From NCBI GenBank assembly GCA_041690135.1, contig JAWLHY010000009.1:224001-288000 (forward strand): DNA of 64,000 bases, read 5' to 3'. A program made the translations under genes and the position numbers. This DNA comes from Armatimonadota bacterium (lineage in GTDB: Bacteria > Armatimonadota > SYMT01). The notes under the pieces are model-generated. The model was not told the DNA's origin. It ran no database searches and saw only the letters and a list, made by a program, of their open reading frames with translations. Below are positions 10,458 to 20,310 of this stretch, piece after piece; positions within the stretch are counted from its first letter, which is position 1; each line of letters opens with the position of its first letter.

Positions 10458-11692
10458 ACGGCCTCTGTCGCCTGAACGGCGATCCTCTCATTGAGGTGAT
10501 CGACCTCGGAGAGCTGTATGTTTCCGATTTCGTTGAGGATCCCGCGCAGGGGACGCGCTGCCCGCTGAAGCTGGGGATCGGGCCGACTTCCGGGCTGGTG
10601 CAGCTCTTCGATACCTTTCCGCAGGAAGAGATCTACCGCCACTACTGGTACCGCTCCGGCATCAACGAAGCGATGCGCAACGAGTTGGCGGATATCGTCC
10701 GCTCCGCCAAACGCTTCGTCCGCCTTCAGGCGGGGGATGTCGTTCTGGATATCGGCAGCAATGACGGCACGCTGCTGAGCTTCTGGGACAAGGAACTCTT
10801 CCGCATCGGGATCGACCCGTCGCGCAACCTGGCGGAGCATTCGCGCCACCATGCGAGCGAGATCGTGGTCGACTTTTTCTCCCGCGATGCGTTCGCGGGG
10901 GTGACTTCGAAGCGCGCCAAGGTCATCACGTCTATTGCGATGTTCTACGACCTGGAAGACCCACATTCGTTCGTGGAGGACGTGCGGAACTGCCTGGACG
11001 AGCATGGCGTGTGGATCGCGCAGTTGAGCTATACGCCGCTGATGCTGGAGCAGAACGCGTTCGACAACATCCTGGCCGAGCACCTGGAATACTACACGCT
11101 CACGGTGGTGAAGAACCTGCTGGCGGAGCACGGCCTGCGCATTGTGGACGTGGAGTTGAACGATACCAACTCGGGCAGCTTCCGCCTCTACATCACGCAC
11201 GACGGCAATCGGTCGCTGAACCTGCCCGTGTTCACCGAAATGATCGGAGAGTACCGGGTCCAATCTCTTCTGACCCATGAGGCCGCACTGGACTTGAGTT
11301 CACCGGCGCCATGGCTCGCCTTCATGGACCGGGTGCGGACCAACCGGGACGCGACGGTGGACCTGCTGCGGAAGCTGGCGGACGAGGGGAAGAAGGTCGT
11401 CGGCTACGGGGCCAGCACCAAAGGGAACACCACGCTCCAGTACTACGGCATCACGCCGGAAATCCTGCCGTGCATTGCGGAGCGAAGCCAGGAGAAGGTC
11501 GGGAAGCGGACCGTCGGCACCGGCATTCCGATCATCAGCGAAGAAGAGATGCGAGCGATGCGCCCCGACTACCTCTTCGTGCTGCCCTGGCACTTCATCA
11601 AGGCGTTCGAGGAGCGGGAGAGCGAGCTTCTGGCGGCAGGCACTAAGCTGATCGTCCCGCTGCCGAGCCTCACCGTTATCGGTAGGGATTGA
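10454..11692 (+). CDS. NDP-sugar C-methyltransferase (class I SAM; C-methyltransferase C-terminal domain)
   Basis: LDIGSNDGTLL, EHLEYY, GYGASTKGNT, PDYLFVLPWHF; ATGA overlap with gmd. Confidence 0.88.
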   Translation: MNGLCRLNGDPLIEVIDLGELYVSDFVEDPAQGTRCPLKLGIGPTSGLVQLFDTFPQEEIYRHYWYRSGINEAMRNELADIVRSAKRFVRLQAGDVVLDIGSNDGTLLSFWDKELFRIGIDPSRNLAEHSRHHASEIVVDFFSRDAFAGVTSKRAKVITSIAMFYDLEDPHSFVEDVRNCLDEHGVWIAQLSYTPLMLEQNAFDNILAEHLEYYTLTVVKNLLAEHGLRIVDVELNDTNSGSFRLYITHDGNRSLNLPVFTEMIGEYRVQSLLTHEAALDLSSPAPWLAFMDRVRTNRDATVDLLRKLADEGKKVVGYGASTKGNTTLQYYGITPEILPCIAERSQEKVGKRTVGTGIPIISEEEMRAMRPDYLFVLPWHFIKAFEERESELLAAGTKLIVPLPSLTVIGRD

Positions 11693-11708
11693 GCGGATAA
11701 CCGAGAGG

Positions 11709-12172
11709 ACGTGCAGACTGGGGGCATCCGCAAGCGTGGTGCAGTTTCACGTGCGCCTACTGCTGCCAACACGAATGTGGTCCGGACTCTATATCCACAG
11801 TGAGCGACCCGGACGGTAGGGAATGCGACGTACACCCGGCGGAGCTTGGGCCGTTCCATTCCGTAGTCCGTGAAGTTGATCCCGTTGCGCCAATCCAGAC
11901 CGGTCCGGCACCCGTGCCGTTACGATTTGGCGCAGCGGGATCAACTCCAAGCTGGCGGAACACTACGGCGAGACGTTCCCTACAGGTGCTGGTACCGAAG
12001 GCTTGTCGCACGCGAGCCGACACAGGCCGTCAGAGATTTCCCGCCCGCATGAGAATCTGCTCGCCATTTGCGGGGAGTACCTTCTAACAGGAGCAGGTCC
12101 GTGTCGCGTCCATCCGGATATCGTCTCCACCCTGGTGCGGTAGTCCGGGCGTAGTTTCGCGGCGAAACCGCG
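11709..12172 (+). ncRNA. Putative large structured non-coding RNA of unknown family
   Basis: Many nested helices, including a 20-bp stem (11874-11893/11927-11946). Most non-Watson-Crick pairs read as G-U on the + strand; two pseudoknots are possible; no credible ORF. Confidence 0.6.
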
Positions 12173-12262
12173 TATCTCTTACCGCCGGTGCCCCACTGCC
12201 CCATGTTTCGGGGTGATTGCTCCGAAATCCCGCGGAGCCAGTGGCCCGCCCGAGGGTTGCGA

Positions 12263-14083
12263 GTGAGGATTCTAGGTCTCTCCGCTTATTACCACGACAG
12301 CGCCGCGGCCCTGATCGAGGACGGCGAGATCCTGGCTGCCGCACAGGAAGAACGCTTCACCCGGATCAAGCAGGACTCGGCCTACCCGCGGCGTGCGATC
12401 GGGTTCTGCCTGGAACGCGCCGGGATCGGCCTGAAGGAACTCGACGCGGTGGTCTTCTATGAGAAGCCGCTCGTCAAGGCCGAACGGCTGCTGGAAACGT
12501 ACCTCGCGGTAGCCCCCTCCGGCCTCGGGGCCTTCCTTGCCGGGATTCCCACCTGGCTACGCGGCAAGGCGAATATCGCCGCCACTCTCCGGAAAGAATT
12601 GGGTCGCCGCTACGCCGGCCCCATCCTCTTCACGGAGCACCACGAGTCGCACGCGGCGAGCGCTTTCTTCCCTTCCCCGTATGAGGACGCGGCGATTCTG
12701 ACCGTGGACGGGGTGGGGGAGTGGGCGACCACCACGCTCGGCGTGGGCGAAGGCAACCGGATCCGCATCCTGAAGGAGATCCGGTTCCCGCACTCCCTCG
12801 GACTGCTCTACAGCGCGTTCACCTATTACACCGGGTTCAAGGTCAACTCCGGCGAGTACAAGGTGATGGGCCTGGCCCCCTACGGGGAAGCGAAATACGT
12901 CGAGCGCATCTACGAGCACCTGATCCGCGTGGAGGACGACGGCAGCTTCTGGCTCAACCAGGAGTATTTCCACTACTGCCGCGGTCTCACGATGACCAAC
13001 GACCGTTTCCACGCCCTGTTCGGCGGACCGCCGCGTGCGCCGGAATCTCTGCTCACGCAGAAGGAAATGGACCTCGCGGCCAGCGTGCAGGTGGTTACCG
13101 AGGAGCTCATGCTCAAGCTGGCCCGCCACGCTCAAGAGGTGACGGGGAAGTCAAAGCTGTGCATGGCGGGCGGGGTGGCGTTGAACTGCGTGGCGAACGG
13201 GCGAATTCTGCGGGAAGGCCCGTTTGAGGAGATGTTCATCCAGCCGGCAGCGGGCGATGCGGGCGGGGCCCTGGGTGCGGCCCTACACGTGTGGCACCAG
13301 GTGCTCGGGCGGGAACGACGACCAAAAGTGCAGGATAGCATGCGGGGCGCGTACCTGGGGCCGGAGTATTCCGACGCGGAGATCCGGGCCTGTCTGGAGC
13401 AGGCCGGCGCCGTTTCGGAGTATCTGGATGATGCCGAACTGGCCGATCGGGTGGCGCGGCTTCTGGCTGAAGAGAAGGTGGTCGGCTGGTTCCGAGGCCG
13501 GATGGAGTTTGGCCCGCGCGCGCTGGGCGCTCGCAGTATTCTGGGGGACCCCCGGAGCCCCCGCATGCAGGCGCAGATGAACTTGAAGATCAAGTTTCGG
13601 GAGAGCTTCCGGCCGTTCGCCCCCTCGGTGCTCCGCGAGCACGCGGCGGAGTATTTCGACCTGGAGGCGGAGAGCCCCTACATGCTTCAGGTCGCCCAGG
13701 TGGCCCAGGAGAAGCAACTGCCGCCGCCGCCCGGCGCGGATGAGTTGTGGGGCATCGAGAAGCTCAACGTCCCGCGGAGCACCATCCCGGCGGTGACCCA
13801 CGTGGACTACAGCGCCCGCGTGCAGACGGTAGACGCGGAGCGGCACGGGCTGTACCACACGCTGATTCAGCGTTTCTATGAATTGACCGGGTGCCCGGTG
13901 GTGGTGAACACCAGCTTCAACGTGCGCGGTGAGCCGATCGTCTGTACGCCGGAGGATGCCTACCGCTGTTTCATGTTCACCCACATCGACGTTCTCGTTC
14001 TGGGTAACCACCTGCTCCTGAAGGAGCGACAGCCTCCGATGCCGGGTGCGGAAGAACACCTGTCCCGCTTTGAGCTCGATTGA
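12263..14083 (+). CDS. Carbamoyltransferase (NodU/CmcH/SxtI-like)
   Basis: ILGLSAYYHDSAA, EERFTRIK, EHHESHAASAF, GGVALNC, EFGPRALG, FRESFRPFAP, NTSFN. Confidence 0.95.
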   Translation: MRILGLSAYYHDSAAALIEDGEILAAAQEERFTRIKQDSAYPRRAIGFCLERAGIGLKELDAVVFYEKPLVKAERLLETYLAVAPSGLGAFLAGIPTWLRGKANIAATLRKELGRRYAGPILFTEHHESHAASAFFPSPYEDAAILTVDGVGEWATTTLGVGEGNRIRILKEIRFPHSLGLLYSAFTYYTGFKVNSGEYKVMGLAPYGEAKYVERIYEHLIRVEDDGSFWLNQEYFHYCRGLTMTNDRFHALFGGPPRAPESLLTQKEMDLAASVQVVTEELMLKLARHAQEVTGKSKLCMAGGVALNCVANGRILREGPFEEMFIQPAAGDAGGALGAALHVWHQVLGRERRPKVQDSMRGAYLGPEYSDAEIRACLEQAGAVSEYLDDAELADRVARLLAEEKVVGWFRGRMEFGPRALGARSILGDPRSPRMQAQMNLKIKFRESFRPFAPSVLREHAAEYFDLEAESPYMLQVAQVAQEKQLPPPPGADELWGIEKLNVPRSTIPAVTHVDYSARVQTVDAERHGLYHTLIQRFYELTGCPVVVNTSFNVRGEPIVCTPEDAYRCFMFTHIDVLVLGNHLLLKERQPPMPGAEEHLSRFELD

Positions 14084-14089
14084 ACCCCC

Positions 14090-14530
14090 ATGTCTGTCCA
14101 GCAAATCAAACAGCTTCCCTGCTTCAGCCATCTGGAGTGGAACCCCTCCCGCAAGTTGCTGCGCGAGTTCGCAGTGGCGATGGTGGTCGGGTTTCTCTTG
14201 ATTGGCGCCCTGGTCGCCTGGCGGCACCGCGGCCTGGGAACGGCCACCTACGTACTCTGGTCCGTGGGGTTGCTGCTGGCGGTGGGATCCCAGGTGCCCG
14301 GGCTGGGACGGTTCGTCTACCTGGCCGTGAACGTACCCACCGGTATCCTGGGGCATTTCGTCAGCCGCATTATCCTGGTCGTGCTGTTTTTGGTGGTTTT
14401 CACGCCGATCGGGCTGTTGCTGCGGCTGATGGGGAAGGACCTGCTGCACCTCCGGAGGCCCGAGGGCGGCTCCTTGTGGGGAGATCGTGCCGGGTCACCG
14501 TCACAGGATAGTTACTACCGGCAGTTCTAA
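14090..14530 (+). CDS. SxtJ family membrane protein
   Basis: LREFA...three TM segments, FTPIGLLLRLMGKDLL, C-terminal YRQF; position after the carbamoyltransferase. Confidence 0.85.
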   Translation: MSVQQIKQLPCFSHLEWNPSRKLLREFAVAMVVGFLLIGALVAWRHRGLGTATYVLWSVGLLLAVGSQVPGLGRFVYLAVNVPTGILGHFVSRIILVVLFLVVFTPIGLLLRLMGKDLLHLRRPEGGSLWGDRAGSPSQDSYYRQF

Positions 14531-14734
14531 ATGCTGCCAAAGACCAGGGACATCAAGATGGAGCCCCCAAACGATTTGAAGAAGAACCGGAGCTTTGCTG
14601 CCGACGTGTTCGCATTCCTCATGCAGAACAAGAAGTGGTGGTTAATTCCGGTGGTCGTCGTCCTCACGCTGGTCGGTTTGTTGATCGCTCTGGGCGGCAC
14701 GGCGGCCGCTCCCTTCATTTACTCGCTCTTCTAG
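14531..14734 (+). CDS. DUF5989 / SxtK-like small membrane protein
   Basis: FLMQNKKWWLIP...AAPFIYSLF signature (alternative start at 14558). Confidence 0.88.
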   Translation: MLPKTRDIKMEPPNDLKKNRSFAADVFAFLMQNKKWWLIPVVVVLTLVGLLIALGGTAAAPFIYSLF

Positions 14735-14784
14735 AGCCTTCGACCGCAGGCTGGTACGCATTGGGCGCAGAGGTTAGAAGCAAG

Positions 14785-15858
14785 ATGCGAGCCCGCATGG
14801 TGCTCGGAGGCCGCCGTCACGGGTTGGGAGGGGCGCAGCGGATCGTCGAGGGGCTGGAGTATCGTCTCGAACGCGAGGGCTGGGAGGTGGAGTGGTTCAC
14901 GCCGCATGACCTGCCGGCGCTTCCCCAGTCACGGCGCTTTCCCGCGGTGAACGAGGCGCTGCGCGCCCTGGCCCTCGGCAAGGCGATACGTGGCTTGCCG
15001 CGCGTGGACCTGACGATCTCGCACGGGATTTTCGGGCTGTGGACGCCGGGCCGGCGGGTCCATGCCTACCACGGAACGTCCGCCGGTATGGCGCGCGCCT
15101 GCCGGGCGGGAATCCATCCACTCGATTACCAGGTCATCCGCTGGATGTATGGCACGTGCGAGCAGGGGAGCGGAGTGGGCGCCTACCGCGTTGCCGTTTC
15201 GCAGCCCGTAGCTCGGGAAGTCGGCCGCTACTATCGCCTGCGAACCCAGCGCATCCTCCATAACGGGGTCGATATCCGCCATTTCACCCCGCGTGCCAAT
15301 GCGACCGAGTTGCGCCGGCGCTGGTCTCTGCCGGAAGACGACTTTCTGCTGCTCGTGGTCGGCCGGATGGACTACGGCAAAGGGCGGGAGGTACTGAAGG
15401 AGATGGCGCCACTACTTCCACCCGAGGTGAAGTTCGTGGTAGCGGCGCCCGAGGCGTCGAAGATGGAGACGTTCCCCGCGGAGCGATTGATCCTTCTTCC
15501 GGGCATAGCTTACCGGGATTTGCCGCTTCTCTACGCGGCCTGCGACGTGCTGCTCTGCGCCTCACTGTACGAAGGGTTCGGGTTGACCCTGATCGAGGCG
15601 TGGGCGTGCGGGCTCCCCGTGGTGACCGGACGCCTGGGCATCATCGAAGAGCTATCCGGCACGGAGCCCGCCCTGGATGCGTGTGTGGCGGGGGTAGGGG
15701 ACGCTCCGGGCCTGGCGGCATCCGTCTGTCGACTGGTGGAAGACCGGGAACTGGGTCGCCGGCAGGGGGAGTGGGGACGTCATCTGGTGGAAGAGCGCTT
15801 CTCCGCCGACCGGTTCACGTCCGAGTGGTGGCAGGTCATCCGGGAAGTAAGCTCATGA
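14785..15858 (+). CDS. Glycosyltransferase family 4
   Basis: HNGVD, VGRMDYGKG, YEGFGLTLIEAWACGLPVV. Confidence 0.9.
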   Translation: MRARMVLGGRRHGLGGAQRIVEGLEYRLEREGWEVEWFTPHDLPALPQSRRFPAVNEALRALALGKAIRGLPRVDLTISHGIFGLWTPGRRVHAYHGTSAGMARACRAGIHPLDYQVIRWMYGTCEQGSGVGAYRVAVSQPVAREVGRYYRLRTQRILHNGVDIRHFTPRANATELRRRWSLPEDDFLLLVVGRMDYGKGREVLKEMAPLLPPEVKFVVAAPEASKMETFPAERLILLPGIAYRDLPLLYAACDVLLCASLYEGFGLTLIEAWACGLPVVTGRLGIIEELSGTEPALDACVAGVGDAPGLAASVCRLVEDRELGRRQGEWGRHLVEERFSADRFTSEWWQVIREVSS

Positions 15859-17000
15859 ATCCGGGAGCTTCGGTGACCGGCAGACGGCTGCGCGTTGGTC
15901 TGGACGGCAGCCTGGCTTCCAGTAAGCGACCGACCGGAGTGGAGCATTTCGCCCGCTCGCTCCTGGGCGAGTTGCTCCGACTGCATGCTGCGGACGTGGA
16001 GTGGTTCCTGTACCTGCCCCCGTACGCCGATATCGGCTGCGAAGTGCCCCCGGAGGTCCACGCCCGCTACCGGCCGGACGTCAACACCCTGATCAAGAAA
16101 CCCTGGCTGATCGGCAACACCTGGCGCGATCGCCTGGACGTGATCTACGCTTTCGGGCACCTGCTTCCGGGCGGCTGCCGGGGACGGTACGTGTTGACGG
16201 TCCACGATCTCGCCTTCGACTCCTATCCGGACTGCTATCCGCCCGGAGCCCCGGAAGGCGCCCGCTTGCAGGTAGCGCATGCGTGCCGCCAGGCCAACCG
16301 GTTTGTTGTCCCCTCGGAGGCCACTCGAGACGATCTGGTTGCCGGATATCGCTTCCCGGAGAAGCGGGTTCACGTGATTTACGAGGGCAGTCGTGGGATC
16401 TTCACGCCCGGCGACCCCGGCCCCTTACCGGAAAAGGTGGTGTCCGCGGGAATCGCCGCTCCGTACTTCCTCAGCGTGGGCCGCCTGGACCGCCGGAAGA
16501 ACGTGGAGCGCGTTATCGAAGCCTATCGTTCACTGCTGCGAGACGGAGTGTCCTGCGGAGGCCTGGTGATCGTTGGTCCCGACGACTCCGGTTCGGAAGC
16601 GGTGAAGGCACGTGTCGCGGCCGGCCAGGTGCCGGGAGAGCAGATCGTGATGACCGGCTACCTGGACGAAGCGGACCTCGTGCGGCTTTTCCGAGGCGCG
16701 TCCGCGGTCGTCTATCCGTCTCTGGCGGAGGGATTTGGCTTACCCGTGCTTGAGGCCATGGCCTGTGGCATCCCGACAATCACCTCGTGTGTCTCCTCCA
16801 TGCGCGAGGTAGGGGCGGGCGCCGCTCTCCTCGTGGAACCCACCGATCCGGCGGCGATCGCCGCGGCGATGCGGCGGGTGCTGACCGAGCCCGATTTGCG
16901 CGAGCAACTGGCGGCTGCCGGACTACGTCGTGCGGAGGAGTTAACGTGGCGGAAAAGCGCCGAGCGTCTCCTCGAGGTATTCCGGCTGGCGGCCAGGTGA
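15855..17000 (+). CDS. Glycosyltransferase family 4 (MtfB-like)
   Basis: PTGVE, LTVHDL, VGRLDRRKN, EGFGLPVLEAMACG. Confidence 0.92.
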   Translation: MNPGASVTGRRLRVGLDGSLASSKRPTGVEHFARSLLGELLRLHAADVEWFLYLPPYADIGCEVPPEVHARYRPDVNTLIKKPWLIGNTWRDRLDVIYAFGHLLPGGCRGRYVLTVHDLAFDSYPDCYPPGAPEGARLQVAHACRQANRFVVPSEATRDDLVAGYRFPEKRVHVIYEGSRGIFTPGDPGPLPEKVVSAGIAAPYFLSVGRLDRRKNVERVIEAYRSLLRDGVSCGGLVIVGPDDSGSEAVKARVAAGQVPGEQIVMTGYLDEADLVRLFRGASAVVYPSLAEGFGLPVLEAMACGIPTITSCVSSMREVGAGAALLVEPTDPAAIAAAMRRVLTEPDLREQLAAAGLRRAEELTWRKSAERLLEVFRLAAR

Positions 17001-17004
17001 AAGT

Positions 17005-18198
17005 TTGGGCAATTCGAACGGAAAATGTCTGGTCCTGGCTCCCGGCAACCCGTACCCTCCCCGGGATGCGGTGGCTATCCGGGTCCTGGAGTTCCTCCGG
17101 CTCCTTGAACGGCCGGTGGATCTGCTGGTATTCGGGGATGAGGACCGGCAACAGGCTCTCGCGGCGCCCGCGACCGGCCGGCTGATCCAGGTTCAGCGTC
17201 CGCCCCGCCAGGCACGCTCCCCGCTCAGCCAGTCGCTCTTCGGAGATCCCACCACGCTGGTCTCCTTCCGCTCCGAGCGCTACGCGGACCGGATGCGAGA
17301 GTGCCTTGCGGAAGGCCCGGCGCTGGTATTGGCCGTAGGGCTGCAGATGGGGCAGTACCTGGATGCGGTGCCCGCCACGATTCCGACGATCCTGGATGAT
17401 TACAACGTCGAGTGGAAAATCCTGGATCGGCTGGCCGGGTTGAAGGGCGGCCTGAAGCGCCACTACTGGCGGCACGAGGCGCGGAAGCTCCGGAATTGGG
17501 AAAGCCGCCTGCTGCAAAAACCCCGTACTGTGCTGGCGATCTCCGAAGTGGATCGTTCGGGGCTGCGAGAACTGGCCCCACGGCAGGACATCCGGGTGGT
17601 GGGGCCCTGTATTCCCGCCGAAGCGGACGCGGCGGACGAAGCCGCTCCCGTGGAGCCGGTGCTGGTTTTCACCGGAGCATTCAACTGGCACGTCAACGTT
17701 CAGGCGGCGGAGTGGTTTTGCCGCTCCGTGCTTCCACAGGTGCAGGCGCGCGTCCCAGAGGCCCGAGTGGAATTGGTGGGGAAAGACCCGGCCCCAGAGG
17801 TGCGGGCGCTTGCTCAGCTTCCGGGAGTCGCTATCACCGGCACCGTGCCGGACGTGCTTCCGTACTTGCGGAAAGCCTCGGCTGCCATTGTGCCGCTCAA
17901 GTATGGAAGTGGCGTGCGTTACAAGATCCTGGAGGCGTTCAGCGCCGGGGCGCCCGTAGTCACCACCTCTGTCGGATGCGAGGGGCTGGATGTCCGTCAC
18001 GGGCGGGAGTTGTTGATCGCCGATGATGCGGCGGCGTTCGCCGCGGCTTGCTGTGAACTCCTGGAAAGCGCCGACGCTCGCAAGTCGCTCGCCCGCCAGG
18101 GGACGCAGTGGCTGCAGGAGATCAACCGCGCTACGGCCGCGTCTTTCCGTGGCGTGGTCCGCGAGTGCCTGAATTCGGACGCTGTTCTGACTGTGTGA
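17005..18198 (+). CDS. Glycosyltransferase family 4
   Basis: PYPPRD, YNVEW, FTGAFNWHVN, GSGVRYKILEAF. Confidence 0.88.
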   Translation: MGNSNGKCLVLAPGNPYPPRDAVAIRVLEFLRLLERPVDLLVFGDEDRQQALAAPATGRLIQVQRPPRQARSPLSQSLFGDPTTLVSFRSERYADRMRECLAEGPALVLAVGLQMGQYLDAVPATIPTILDDYNVEWKILDRLAGLKGGLKRHYWRHEARKLRNWESRLLQKPRTVLAISEVDRSGLRELAPRQDIRVVGPCIPAEADAADEAAPVEPVLVFTGAFNWHVNVQAAEWFCRSVLPQVQARVPEARVELVGKDPAPEVRALAQLPGVAITGTVPDVLPYLRKASAAIVPLKYGSGVRYKILEAFSAGAPVVTTSVGCEGLDVRHGRELLIADDAAAFAAACCELLESADARKSLARQGTQWLQEINRATAASFRGVVRECLNSDAVLTV

Positions 18199-18206
18199 GG
18201 AATACT

Positions 18207-19118
18207 GTGCCAGCGAGTCGAGTCGTCGTCGTCATTCTCACCATGAACCAGCGGGAGTTGACCCGCGCGTGCCTGGAGTCGCTGCGGGACTGCCGGGAAG
18301 AACTGGCCGGCGTCGTGATGCTGGACAATGCCTCCACGGACGGCACCTATGAGTTGGTGACCGCCGAGTTTCCGGAAGTGAACGCGATTCGCTCCGAGAC
18401 GAACCTGGGGATGGCCGCCGGGCGGAACCTGGGGCTGCGGACGGCGTTGGAGATGGGCGCCGACTACGTCTGGTCGATCGACAACGATACGGTGGTCCCC
18501 AAGGGCACCATCCCGAAACTCAACGAGTTCATGGATGCCAATCCCGACGTGGGCATCGCCGCCGCCACCGTTTGCTGGGGGCACGAGCGGGATAAGGTCT
18601 GGTCGACCACCGGGTTCATTGACTGGGAACTGGGTGAGCCGAAACATCCCGAGCGGAACCGGCCGTATGCCGAACTCGAGCAAGAGGTGAATGAGGCGGC
18701 CTTCATCTGCGGCTGCAACATGTTCTTCCGCGCCGAGGTGGTCCGGAAGACCGGCGGCTACGACGAGCGATTCTTCTGCTACTACGAGGATGTGGATTGC
18801 AGCATCCGCGCCCGGAAGCTGGGCTATCGCCTGGTGTCGCTTCGCACTCCCGTCATCTACCACTATCACCGGAGCGCGCTGGGGCGCGCCAGCCCCCGGA
18901 TGACCTATTTCGTGATGCGGAATCGGTTCCTCTTTGTGGAGCAAAACTGCACGCCGGAGCAGCGGCGGAAGTTCATGACCAGGTGGTATCTCCAGTACCT
19001 CTTCCGCTTTCTTCCCAAGCGCTTGCTGGAAGGGGATTTTGCCGCCATCCGGGCCACCCGGTTGGCGCTTCGCGACTACTGGCGGCGAGACTGGAAGACC
19101 CAGCCGGAACTCGGATAG
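18207..19118 (+). CDS. Glycosyltransferase family 2
   Basis: LDNASTDGT, NLGMAAGRN, IDND, FFCYYEDVD. Confidence 0.9.
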   Translation: MPASRVVVVILTMNQRELTRACLESLRDCREELAGVVMLDNASTDGTYELVTAEFPEVNAIRSETNLGMAAGRNLGLRTALEMGADYVWSIDNDTVVPKGTIPKLNEFMDANPDVGIAAATVCWGHERDKVWSTTGFIDWELGEPKHPERNRPYAELEQEVNEAAFICGCNMFFRAEVVRKTGGYDERFFCYYEDVDCSIRARKLGYRLVSLRTPVIYHYHRSALGRASPRMTYFVMRNRFLFVEQNCTPEQRRKFMTRWYLQYLFRFLPKRLLEGDFAAIRATRLALRDYWRRDWKTQPELG

Positions 19119-19162
19119 GAGTCCTTCCCTACGGCCACCTGCGGCCGTGGGCGACCAGAACT

Positions 19163-20305
19163 ATGGGCATTCCGCAGTCCTCTAGAATTTTGATCACGGG
19201 GGGAGCCGGCTTCGTCGGCTGCCATCTCGCGCGTGCCCTCGTTGAACGGGGGCACGGCGTGCGGGTGCTCGATGCCCTGGTGGAGCAGGTGCATCCCACC
19301 GGTATGCGTCCGGCCGCGCTGCCCGCGGAAGTGGAGCTGATCCGGGGCGATGTCTGCGACCCGGCTGTTGTACGGGAAGCCTTGAGGGACGTCGATGCCG
19401 TCTACCACCTCGCATCGGAGGTGGGTGTCGGGCAGTCGATGTACGCCATCGGCCGGTTTGTCCGTGCCAACGCCCTGGGAACGGCAGTGCTCCTGGAGGA
19501 GATCGTACGGAACCACCGGGGATTGCGGAAGCTGGTGGTGGCCTCTTCCATGACGCTCTACGGAGAAGGCTGCGGCTACTGCGAGCGCCACGGGCGCGTG
19601 GAGCCGGGGCTCCGGTCTCCCGAGGCGCTGATCCGGCGTCAGTGGGAGCCGACGTGTCCGCAGTGTGAAGCACCGCTGCAACCGGCGCCGACACCGGAGA
19701 CGAAGCTGCCTGTGCCTACCTCCGTGTACGCCGTATCCAAGCGGGATCAGGAAGAGCTCTGCCTGGCGGTCGGCCGGGCTTACGAGATTCCCACGGTGGC
19801 CCTCCGGTACTTCAACATTTACGGCCCCGGTCAGGCGCTTACCAACCCCTACACCGGCGTGATCTCCATCTTCTGTCGCCGCCTCATGGAAGGCCAGCCG
19901 ATTACGATCTACGAAGACGGCGCGCAGAGCCGGGACTTCGTCCACGTGAACGACATCGTCCAGGCGAACCTGCTGGCGCTGGAGGCTTCCGAGGCGGACT
20001 ACCAGACGATCAACGTCAGCTCGGGCGAGCTCTGGTCGGTCGGTGAGGTGGCACGGTTGGTCCTTGCCGCCATGGGCGGAGACGGAGCGATTGAGATCGC
20101 CGAGAAGTTCCGGGCGGGCGACATCCGTCATTGCCACGCCGATCTGACGCGCGCCCGCCGTCTCCTCGGATTCCAGCCGCGTATCGGCTTGAGAGAAGGT
20201 CTGCCGCGGACGATCGACTGGGCCCGTTCCCAGGCAATCGCCGGACTCCAGCCCCGTGAAGATGCCGCCGCTCGCGAACTGGAAGCGCACGGCCTGCTGC
20301 GATAA
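19163..20305 (+). CDS. NAD-dependent epimerase/dehydratase with Cys-rich insert
   Basis: TGGAGFVG, YAVSK, NPYTGV, EDGAQSRDF; insert C.YC..H...CPQC. Confidence 0.9.
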   Translation: MGIPQSSRILITGGAGFVGCHLARALVERGHGVRVLDALVEQVHPTGMRPAALPAEVELIRGDVCDPAVVREALRDVDAVYHLASEVGVGQSMYAIGRFVRANALGTAVLLEEIVRNHRGLRKLVVASSMTLYGEGCGYCERHGRVEPGLRSPEALIRRQWEPTCPQCEAPLQPAPTPETKLPVPTSVYAVSKRDQEELCLAVGRAYEIPTVALRYFNIYGPGQALTNPYTGVISIFCRRLMEGQPITIYEDGAQSRDFVHVNDIVQANLLALEASEADYQTINVSSGELWSVGEVARLVLAAMGGDGAIEIAEKFRAGDIRHCHADLTRARRLLGFQPRIGLREGLPRTIDWARSQAIAGLQPREDAAARELEAHGLLR

Positions 20306-20310
20306 TCCCC

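Noticed and set aside
11751-12172. Group II intron (GTGCG at 11751) or group I intron (P/R/S-like words)
   Set aside because: No domain V (AGC/CGC triad hairpin) or RT ORF; group I-like words are out of order or lack the G-binding bulge; no gene is interrupted.
11693-12200. tmRNA, RNase P or 6S RNA
   Set aside because: No tRNA-like ends or tag ORF, no GAGGAAAGUCC, and too long and branched for 6S. Not formally excluded without cmscan.
12263-14734. Saxitoxin biosynthesis
   Set aside because: Only sxtI/J/K-like genes are present; no sxtA, sxtG or sxtB in the window.
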